A DNA stretch of 64,000 bases from Octopus vulgaris. Lineage: Eukaryota. Below are positions 52,097 through 64,000 of the stretch, in pieces. The notes beneath the pieces are model-generated. The model had not been told where the DNA came from. It saw nothing but the letters and a program-made list of their open reading frames with translations, and searched no databases. The position numbers were made by a program, and so were the translations under genes. Location of the stretch: positions 14,570,001 to 14,634,000 of the forward strand of contig OX597823.1 of NCBI GenBank assembly GCA_951406725.2, given 5' to 3'. Position 1 is the first letter of the stretch. Each line of letters starts with the position of its first letter.

Positions 52097-52978
52097 ATCT
52101 CTTATTATAATAACTATATATAAGTGTCGTCTGTTTATACATAAACACTGTTTCATACTGCAATTATATATACATATATCTATATATAATATTATATAAT
52201 AAAATATATACAGAGTAAAATGAAAACCAATTTACCTTTTCTGTCCGTCAGTGTGTCTTTGCAAATGTGTTGGAATGATAAGTGAGTTGTGTTTTGGCGC
52301 CTTTTTTAATAACAAACACACACGTGTTTGTATGTAGTTGTATGTGTATGTAGTTGTATGTGTATGTAGTTGTATGTAGTTGTATATGTATGTGTATGCG
52401 TGTGTGTGAGGAATGACACACACACACTCACGCACGCACACATGTACATCAATGCTTTCGGAGTGATATGTTAAAATATTGAGTTTTCTCGAATTTTGTC
52501 TTAATTGGTGGTAAAATTGAAAGAAATTTTTTATGGCATCACCCACTGAAGTACTCTGAAAAATCATGGGTACACTCTAATTGAAGAAATTGTGTGAGGA
52601 GTAAATCGTTATGTATTTATTTGTTTCTGTTTGCTGTGTTTTTTTATTTTTTGAGTAGTGGTTTAAATACTTTCAGTTTAGTCTTCCTCAAATCACTCTG
52701 TCGCTATTTACTTTCATTTTATTCGTTGCACACTGTGTGTGTGCGTTTGTGTGTGGTTAAACCAGACTAAGAAAAGCATTTGACACACACACCAGAATGT
52801 GAGTTTTCTGTAAATTTTGCTTAATTGGAGTTTAAATTTTAAAAACTGGACCTGGCATGACCCGATGCATTCTACTCTTAAAAATGCTAGGTAAATTGTA
52901 ATTGAAGAAATCCTATATTGTAGATTTCTATAACTCCCAAAGGGAGGCAGATAAAATCTGCCTTTTATAATAAGAGAT
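52097..52978. mobile_element. Element bounded by 14-bp inverted termini ATCTCTTATTATAA (Helitron-5'-like ends)
   Basis: ATCTCTTATTATAA at 52097 and TTATAATAAGAGAT ending 52978; internal diverged duplication ~52430-52590 vs ~52785-52910. Confidence 0.45.
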
Positions 52979-53628
52979 ATGAACCATTACCTGAAAATAC
53001 ACGGCACGCTGCACATGCTCCCCCAAGTATTCTATCTTCAGAGGTACAAAACGAATTGGAGCTCGCATTTAAATCCTCTGTATATCAAATTATACATACT
53101 TACATGTATCTCTGTATGTTTCTGTATGTGTGTGTGCGCGTGTGTGTGTGCGTACGTGTGTGTGTGTGCATGTGTATGTGCGTGTATGTATGCATTTACC
53201 TGCATACGAATGTACACATGCATCTATGTGTGTATGTTTGTATGTATATACATATATATATATATATATATATACATACAGACATGCCACACACATACGT
53301 CTAAATATACACATACAAACACACACAAACGCACACACATATATATTTGTGTATATACATACATATGAGTATGTGCAAGTACGTTTCTGTGTGTGTGAGC
53401 GGGGTGTTGATGTGTTAAGTTCCTTCCTCTTTATAATGGCCTCGATCGGTGCTTGCGCCAATAATTTTTCAAAGTAATTCTGCCTGGTGCCTTCACTGAA
53501 GTTCTTCAATACCATAAACATCCAGAGTTTCACATGAAGCTGCAGGAACAAATTGGTTCTGTTGAGAACATCTGGAAATATAGCAACTTTCGTAAATTGG
53601 TTTTTTTCAACAACGGAAATAGTTCTGA

Positions 53629-53710
<82 letters not shown>

Positions 53711-53776
53711 ATCCCTTCCTCTCTCTCTCTCTGTCTCTTTCTCTCTCTCTATCTCTTTCTCTCTCTCTCTCTCTCA

Positions 53777-53819
<43 letters not shown>

Positions 53820-54026
53820 TGTGTTTGTGTGTGTACAAGGTGATGCGTAACTTCTTAAGTTCTACTTTGTGAGTGCATACTTGCATTAGATCAAGGCTTA
53901 CTGTTAAGTGCGCGCATGTGTTTGTGTGTTTGTATGAATACACACACACACACACACATGTATGTATTCTACACGAGTATACTGTATATATGTACGTATA
54001 CACACATACACACACTCATATACATG

Positions 54027-54063
<37 letters not shown>

Positions 54064-54161
54064 TCACATATCCATATTGCTATAACTTTGCCTACATTTG
54101 TAACAATTTGAGAACGAAAGTCGAAAACAGCATTCCATGCAAGGTGTTGAGTTTATTCATT

Positions 54162-54403
<242 letters not shown>

Positions 54404-54504
54404 ACACACACACATATGCACATACATATAGATAGATAGATTGATAGACAGAAAGAACGAGAGAGAAGGAGATAGACAGTCAGTCAGACAGACATATATC
54501 CACG

Positions 54505-54676
54505 TGATGCTGTATGTATGGTAAAATGCATGCTTCCCAACCACATGGTTTCGGGTTCAGTTCCATTGAGTGGCACCTTGGACAAGTGTTTCCTACTATA
54601 AACCCCAGGTCGATCCAATCTTTGTGAGTGGAATTGATTATAAGAGATTTGATCAATAACCTGTCGTAAGCATATG

Positions 54677-54707
<31 letters not shown>

Positions 54708-54818
54708 ATCACGTGCCCGACCAGACCATCATATGTTGTTACACATCGCTGGTCACAATGCGTTCGCATTGTTTTAGCCTTGGAATGACGCCACCCCGCT
54801 GGCTAAGCGAGCAGGCCA

Positions 54819-54871
<53 letters not shown>

Positions 54872-54974
54872 GAGATAAAACCACTATTAGGCAAATCAAA
54901 CAGTGAAAAACATAAACCAAAACATAGAAATAAAATTAATTCATATAATTTACTCCCTAACATTATTATTATTA

Positions 54975-55055
<81 letters not shown>

Positions 55056-55272
55056 ATGAATGTATACATATATGTGTATGATTGTGTGTGTGTGTGTGTC
55101 TTTGTGCTTGCTCTCCACTACCGCTTGACCACGGCTATTGGTCTGGCAAAAAGAGGTTGATACAATTAGTACCAAACATGAAAATAAGTACTGAGGTTAA
55201 TTTGTTCTAAACCCTTCAAGGCTGTGCCCCAGCTTGGCCGCAATCAAATAACAGAAACAAATGAAAAGATAA
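54505..55272 (+). mobile_element. Diverged SINE family X split by nested insertions
   Basis: Head 54505-54668, tail 55085-55272; RTE 3' fragment between them. Confidence 0.65.
54700..54820 (-). mobile_element. RTE-type 3' end fragment in (TA)n
   Basis: ATCACGTGATCACGTG..CCGACCAG...CGCTGGTCACA parallels 21011-21071. Confidence 0.7.
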
Positions 55273-55486
55273 GTTACATGCTCCACACACCACCGCGCCA
55301 ACATCATAAAATATGCAAAAAATATTGATTACTATGTCCATAAGATATGCATGTATACTTAAAACATATATTTTTGTTTAGTGGTGCAGTTCTTGTGATA
55401 TACACCCGCTCCCATCGTCCTAATCGGTTCGATAGTTTGTCTCTGAAGCCATATCCGTATCTCTAACCGGCATTTCAACTCTTCAG

Positions 55487-55520
<34 letters not shown>

Positions 55521-56049
55521 CTGTAAATTCACTCACCGCTCAACAAACACCGCGCTTCTTCCACCATCTGATCTTCTGATCAACGACAAATGGAAGCAAC
55601 ATACTTCCCATCTTGTCACACGTGAACCGCCAAATCATGTGATTAGGTGACATCAGCTAACTGATCGAAGCACCACCTGTTCCAGACTGGTTCTCATTTG
55701 GAAAAAAAAAAGTGCTTTGCGTCTAATGTCTTTGAGAGAACTAAACGGAGACCCGTTACGACGTTTTCGTTAATTCCTGCGTTATTCTAGCAAAAGCGAA
55801 TCTTGCTGTTTGCTCTCTTCTGAACGATATCTCTACGCGCAGAGAACTGTTTCTTAAAATACTTGCGGGCTGTTACTGACTACGGTTAACAGGACAGATT
55901 TTTTTTCACCGTTACATCTCGGCCATGGCTATCACTAGGAAAGCATAAAATAAAATGTATTGTCTTACATCGAACATGCAATCAGTGATTTTACCTGCCT
56001 CCTAAATTCTTATGGAACCTTCCAGATCAATGATACTCAACCATTTTTG

Positions 56050-56326
56050 CTTAAATAGTAAACCGCGATAGGTGAACTGTTTTAGGCGAACCGCGATATG
56101 GGAAGAGATTACTGGATTGGTTATGAATTGCAAGAAACAGCTAGGTTTCTTTCTACAACATTTTACATAGTTCTACCGACACAAGTTAATGAGTGAAAAA
56201 GAAAATAGGAATTTTGAAAGAGGTTTCTTCAAAACTGGTTTTAAAGCATCGAATGGCTTTGGGGGTCCACCAGAATGAAATAGTAGTCAAAGGGGCCCTT
56301 AAGTAAAGAACAGTTGCGAACCCCTG
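56050..56326. mobile_element. DNA transposon ends (pogo/Tigger-like at ~56114; hAT-like at ~56326)
   Basis: ...GAACCGCGATATGGGAAGAGATTACTG and ...GTTGCGAACCCCTG resemble typical TIR ends; partner ends not identified. Confidence 0.4.
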
Positions 56327-56619
56327 AGACAGTCACTCGTTGGCTCCCCTGTCTGTTGCATTGTTGTTGTTGTTGTTGTTGTTACGGCTCCAAATGTTTT
56401 TCTTGCTCTCATCTCTGATATTGTCGTTGTTATTGTTGATTGCTGTTGTTACTGGTCCTGTTGTTGTTGTTGCTGTTGGCGTTTGAAAGAGCCTACACCC
56501 CACCTTGTCCCCTATTCTTCGCCTATAATACGGTGTCTTTTATTTGCTGCAGGGCGTGTGGTGCAATAATGCACATGGTGCAGACGCAATGTAAATGCCC
56601 CTTCTCTTTCTCTCTTTCA

Positions 56620-56879
56620 TACACTCGCACACACACACACATACATACATATTCACACGCGTACATTCATACATACGTACATGTATATATGTATACAAAC
56701 GAATATACGTATATACATATGTAACACATACATACGTACATACGGACGCATATCTATGTGTGTGTATGTATTTATATTTGTGTGTGTATATGTGTGTATA
56801 TATGTGTATATGTGTGTATATATATGTGTGTATTTATATATATCTATATAAATATGTATGTGTATACATGTATGTATGC

Positions 56880-56919
<40 letters not shown>

Positions 56920-57346
56920 GCGCACTCATACATACAAACACATGCATACATACACTCACATACACGTAAATACATACATTCATATATAGACACATGTACA
57001 CAAATACATACATACACACATACACACATATATACATACATACGTACATACTTAAATACATGCATAAACGCATACACATATACATACATACATACACACA
57101 TGCATACATACATACATACACACATGCATACATACATACATACATACATACATACATACATACATACATACATACATACGTACATACGTACGTACATACA
57201 TACATACATACATACATACATACATACATACTTGCATGCATACATACATACATACATACATGCATGCATACATACATACATACATACATACATACATACA
57301 TACATACGAACATACATACATACACACACACACATACATACATACA

Positions 57347-57380
<34 letters not shown>

Positions 57381-57476
57381 CATACATACATACATACGAA
57401 CATACATACATACACATACATACATACATACATACATACATACATACATACATACATACATACATACATACATACA

Positions 57477-57508
<32 letters not shown>

Positions 57509-57824
57509 CATTTACGTACACACACAAGTACACACGAAAAGCGCACGTATACTCACACACTGTAAACACATACTCAAAAACATACACACACACACACACA
57601 CACCACACGCCACACGCCTCCCACCGACATACAATTGCGTCTATGAACGTCACTTCAAGGCAGTACCTAATTTTTTTCTTTCCGAAATTGCTTGCGGAAA
57701 AAGCCAGGAGCCGGCAGGCATCAGCCGACATACATGACGGTGGGGGGGGGGCATTTTCGAGTGGCTTACTTCTCTCTTCTCAACCCTATTATTAAGGGCT
57801 TGTTGGCAGATGTGCTGATAAGGG

Positions 57825-57921
<97 letters not shown>

Positions 57922-58472
57922 TGTATGTATGTATGTATGCATGTATACATAAACGTACGCGTACACGCACGTGCATATATACACACGTATTTGTGCGTAT
58001 GTGTATGCATATATATATTAGTTAATTTTGTGTATTCATATTTGCATGTGTATATATAGGATACAGCTTTTTCTTCTCTTCTACAAACACACACACACAC
58101 ATACTAACATATATGTGTGTGTTTGTATGTGTGTGTATACATGCACATATCTATCTATCTCTCTATCTATTTATCTATCTATCGATATATGTATATATAT
58201 ATATATATACATATATACATACATACATACTAACATACATACAAACATACATATATACATACATACATACAAACATACATATATACATACATACATATAT
58301 ACATAAATACATATATACATACATACATCCATACATCCATACATGCATACAAACATAAATACATACATACACTGGAACGTATGCACGTATGTACGTATGT
58401 ATGAATTTATGTATGCAAGTATGTATGTATATATGTATGTATGGATGTATGTATGGATGTACGTATGTATGA

Positions 58473-58505
<33 letters not shown>

Positions 58506-58584
58506 TGTATGTTTGTATGTATGTATGCAAGTATGTATGTATATATGTATGTATGGATGTATGTATGGATGTACGTATGTATGA

Positions 58585-58617
<33 letters not shown>

Positions 58618-58660
58618 TGTTTGTATGTATGTTTGTATGTATGTCTTTGTATGTATGCAT
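56620..58660. repeat. (TACA)n/(TATG)n/(TA)n microsatellite cluster with a unique island at ~57620-57827
   Basis: Direct reading. Confidence 0.92.
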
Positions 58661-59103
58661 CTGTAAGCCCTGTGCAATTTTACCCTCCAAGCACTCTGCC
58701 CCCGAATAACAGAAAAAAAAGGGAAATTGAGGGTAAAACTCAATCATATTGGGAGTTGGCAGACCCCAGGGATTGGCTGAGCGTTAGGGGAGAGATTATA
58801 GTAGGGATAAACGCATGACCAGAGTAGAATGATGTGTGGAAGTGTTGAGGTCATGGTCGCAGGTTCGAACTGTTGTCGGATCCTCTTAGGATTTCGGTCA
58901 GAACTTGAAGAGAGGAATTTATTATGATGAAGATAATCATTAAGATTAAAAGTAATTTAAGTTCGTGTTCCAGTTCGTCAACTCCCCTCCTCTTCCTTTC
59001 CCTCCTCTTCCTTTCCTTCCTTCTTCTATTGCTTCTATTTCTGCCACTGCTTCTGCTACTGTAGCCACCACCACCACCACCACTACAACAACAACAACTA
59101 CTT

Positions 59104-59154
<51 letters not shown>

Positions 59155-59710
59155 TCACCTCCCTCATCTTATCATCGTCATCATCATCAACTTCATCATC
59201 AACTTCCTCATCACCATCATTTTTTTTACTTTTGCTTCCCTTCCTCCTCCCCATCATCATCATCATCATCATAGTCGTCGTCGTCATCATGACAAATATC
59301 ACCCTCTTCTACTTCCATCGTTATTATTGTCCCTGCCGTCTTCTTTATCACTATGATAACAGCTGCTGCCATGTGCTCATAGCTTGGTGCACGTAACCCA
59401 GAGACACCCACTCTACAAAATGCTTCAGCTATAGTCAGGGAGGTGAATGACCTCGCAGCCTGAAAACAGGACGAACGAGGTTTTGGGGATATTTTTTTCT
59501 CAACGCAGAGTAATTTTCCCAAACACGTGCGAACACTGTAATGGAACGATAAAAAGTACAACACTGCACGAAGTGCAGCTGTCTTGCTCTGATCGAATTC
59601 ACCTTGTTCGTCTCCGCTGTAACACTGGCCGCCAATAGATCCAGCGAATGTCCGAAAATAAAACTGTACAGCGGAGAGAATACAATATACGTATGTATAT
59701 ATATATATAT

Positions 59711-59899
59711 ATACCAGTGGTAGAGTAATATACTTTATTTAAAGCAGCAGAAAATTCAACAAAACCTGTTACTCTGAGTTTCCCGTTGCCGTTCATCGGA
59801 CAGTTTTTGGTAGATGAACGGCAACGGGAAACTCAGAGTAACAGGTTTTGTTGAATTTTCTGCTGCTTTAAATAAAGCATATTACTCTACCACTGGTAT
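59711..59899. repeat. Fold-back repeat (87-bp arms, 15-bp spacer) with hammerhead-like motif at 59766-59803 (-)
   Basis: 59711-59797 pairs with 59813-59899; minus strand CTGT-CCGATGA-ACG-GCAA-CGG-GAAACTC-A-GAGTA-ACAG. Confidence 0.88.
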
Positions 59900-60016
59900 T
59901 TGAGTACTCTTTTTTCCACCTTGTTTCACATTTATGTGTTTACTCCGGAATATATATATATATAATATGAGGGAATATTATTCCAAACTTACAGGGAAAA
60001 ATTCAATATGTAAATT

Positions 60017-60196
60017 GAAATAAAAAGGGTGAAAAATTAAATATTAATTTGATTAATATCAATTTAAAACCAGAGGTCATTCCTCTTATATGTATATAAT
60101 ATAATTTTCTGAATCTTCACATTTTTCAATATGCAAGGCCACTGGTTTTAAATTGATATTAAGCAAATTAATATTCAATTTTTCACCCTTATTATT
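60017..60196. repeat. Imperfect inverted repeat (~60-bp arms)
   Basis: AAGGGTGAAAAATT...AATTTAAAACCAG versus CTGGTTTTAAATT...AATTTTTCACCCTT. Confidence 0.8.
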
Positions 60197-60420
60197 TAAA
60201 CATACATACACACACATACACACAAACATACACAAACACATGCATACAAACGCACACACATACACACACACACATTCACCCATATACACACACATCCACA
60301 CATATACACACACACATACACAGAAACACACACACAAACACACTCACATACACACACAAATTGGGCCACTTAACTCAACACGTTTTTTTTCATTTTCTCT
60401 CTATTTATTTCCTCTCATTC

Positions 60421-60456
60421 CTTTCTGTCGAAGAGCGTAGGCTCGAAACGTAAAAG
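60421..60456 (+). ncRNA. Degenerate minimal hammerhead-like motif
   Basis: CTTT-CTGTCGA-A-GAGC-GTAG-GCTC-GAAAC-GTA-AAAG (A6 substituted). Confidence 0.45.
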
Positions 60457-60584
60457 ACTTTCATTTTTGCCAAGTGTCAAACTAATACACTTGCTTGTTG
60501 TTCCTACACCTGTTTTCGTCTTTGTTTTTTTATAAATTTGAACTACACACACACACTCACACACACACACACACATGTTTGTAT

Positions 60585-60805
60585 GTGTCATTGTGTCTGT
60601 GTTTGTCTCCTCTAATCATCGCTTGACAACGGGTATTGGTGTGTTTATGACCCCGTAACTTTGCGGTTCGGCATAAAAGAACGATAGAATAAGTACTAGG
60701 CTTTAAGAAAATATGTCCAGGTAGCGGTTTTTTCGATTAGAAAACACTTCAAGGCAGTGCTCCAGCATAGCCGCAGTCAAATGACTGAAACAAGTAAAAG
60801 AATAA
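60585..60805 (+). mobile_element. SINE family X tail
   Basis: Matches the other family-X tails. Confidence 0.78.
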
Positions 60806-60899
60806 AAAATGTCCAAACGTGTGGACTGCTCCCACCCCATACAATACCCCATACTTCCCCCACCCCATACAATTCGTCAATTCTTATCTTAGTATAGAG

Positions 60900-61045
60900 C
60901 AGACCTATGCAACCTTTTTTAAGAAACGGGCCGCCAGAGACATGACTCATTGTCAAGCGGGCCGCATTACTAAAAAAATTGAAGGTAATTTTCGCTTGAG
61001 CATGCCATTGAGAATGTTCCGCGTGCCGTAGTTTGCCCATGACTG
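60900..61045. mobile_element. hAT/Charlie-like MITE end
   Basis: Repeated CGGGCCGC motifs and terminus GCCGTAGTTTGCCCATGACTG. Confidence 0.5.
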
Positions 61046-61096
61046 GTGTAGAGTAAAGCCCTTAGGGGAGACGGAAACATGTCATGATTGTCAAGG

Positions 61097-62470
<1,374 letters not shown>

Positions 62471-62611
62471 AATGGGTCGTCTGCATCGTTCGAGCGACTA
62501 CCTGCATAACATAAGACAGCTCCATCAGAGCTGACTTCCTGTCGTAAACATAATTAAGAAGCAAAAAGAAAAATAAATAAATAAACATCTGCACACGAAG
62601 GTAGCTATATA

Positions 62612-63415
62612 TTCTTTTCTACTCTAGGCACAAGGCCCGAAATTTTTGAGACAGGGGACCAGTAGATTAGATCGAACCCAGTACGCAACTGGGACTTAAT
62701 TTATCGACTCCGAAAGGGTGAAAGGCAAAGTTGACTTCGGCGGAATTTGAACTCAGAACGTAAAGTCAGACGAAATACCTATTTCTTTACTACCCACAGA
62801 GACGGCAAACAAGGACAGACAAACGGATTAAGTCGATTATATCGATCCCAGTGCGTAACTGGTACTTATTTAATCGATCATGAAAGGGTGAAAGGCAAAG
62901 TTGACCTCAGCGGAATTTGAACTCAGAACGTAGCGGCAGACGAAATACCTATTTCTTTACTACCCACAAGGGGCTAAACATAGAGGAGACAAAAAAGGAC
63001 AGACAAATGGATTAAGTCGATTACATCGGTCCCAGTGCGTAACTGGTACTTAATTTATCGACCCCGAAAGGATGAAAGGCAAAGTCGACCTCGGCGGAAT
63101 TTGAACTCAGAACGTAGCGGCAGACGAAATACCGCAAAGCATTTCGCCCGGCGTTGTTTTGTTGTTTGTTTTTTTCCAGTTTCAGCTCTTGAGCTGTGGC
63201 CATGCTGGGGCACCGCCAACATTTCTTATTTCTTTATTGCCCACAAGGGACTAAACAAAGAGGGGGCAAAGAGATTAAGTCGTTAACATCCATCCCAGTG
63301 CGTAACTGGTACTTAATTTATCGACCTCGAAAGGATGAAACGCAAAGTCGACCTCGGCAGAATTTGAACTCAGAACATAAAGACAGACGAAATATCGCTA
63401 AGCATTTCTGCCAGC
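62612..63415 (-). mobile_element. Family-N SINE trimer plus an additional unit
   Basis: GGAATTTGAACTCAGAAC-type motif four times (~62742, ~62912, ~63097, ~63360). Confidence 0.87.
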
Positions 63416-64000
63416 CCGCTGCCCTGAGGTGGCTATATATTATCATAGTTTGAAATGCAGCTCTAGGGTGATTTAAGCTACCAGGAAAACATGCTGCGAA
63501 GAAAAGAACTGTAGTACTTTTAGTAACTTCACTCCATCCACCCACTTCTACTAGAATATTCAAACAATAAGGGGTCATAGGGGAAGCCTGTCTGCAGGCT
63601 GTCAGCATGCTAGATCTAGCAGCCAAAATTCCTTATAATACATTCTAACGTCTTGTACGAAAAAAAAAAGATAATGAAACCATCGACATAAAAATGCCAA
63701 AAAAAAATAATAAACTGGGTTATCCAATGCTGTAACATCTTTGATCTGTTCGAGTAAGACTAACCTAGGGTTAAATAAAAACAAAGAAAATAACAGCAGT
63801 TAAATATAAACAACAATAACGCCAACAGCAGTAGCATAAAAAAAAAACTATATCAGTCAATATCTGAAACGATCTCTTAGGACAATGTTACGAATGTAAC
63901 ATTGCCAAGACTGTTTCCCCTTCAGGGCAGGAAATACTTCAGTCTTGATCAGATGCTGTGTCGATATAAAGCTAAAGGGCGACCTCATTAGGACCACCAC

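Noticed and set aside
53400-53575. Possible minus-strand exon after TATTTCCAG
   Set aside because: No recognisable protein motif or convincing donor site; would need RNA-seq.

Overview
This window is repeat-dense eukaryotic DNA with no host protein-coding exon I can support. The SINE families and extreme microsatellite load look like an Octopus/cephalopod genome (my inference). Most ORFs in the track are translations of simple repeats. The real coding sequence is all retroelement: an uninterrupted ~1000-codon CR1-type EN+RT ORF (17638-20637), an RTE 3' fragment, a Dong/R4-type endonuclease fragment inside (TAA)n, and three Penelope-like (PLE) remnants. Other contents are GG-terminated MITEs with 8-bp TSDs (Merlin-like), non-autonomous Helitrons, a tRNA-Lys-like intron-containing pseudogene, concatemeric SINEs and a 10.4-kb array of a 26-bp satellite with higher-order structure. 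The most notable signal is about nine loci with minimal type-I hammerhead ribozyme motifs in PLE-type terminal repeats. Many of these sit in fold-back inverted repeats and share recurrent non-canonical core variants. All coordinates were read by eye; edges of degenerate repeats are approximate.
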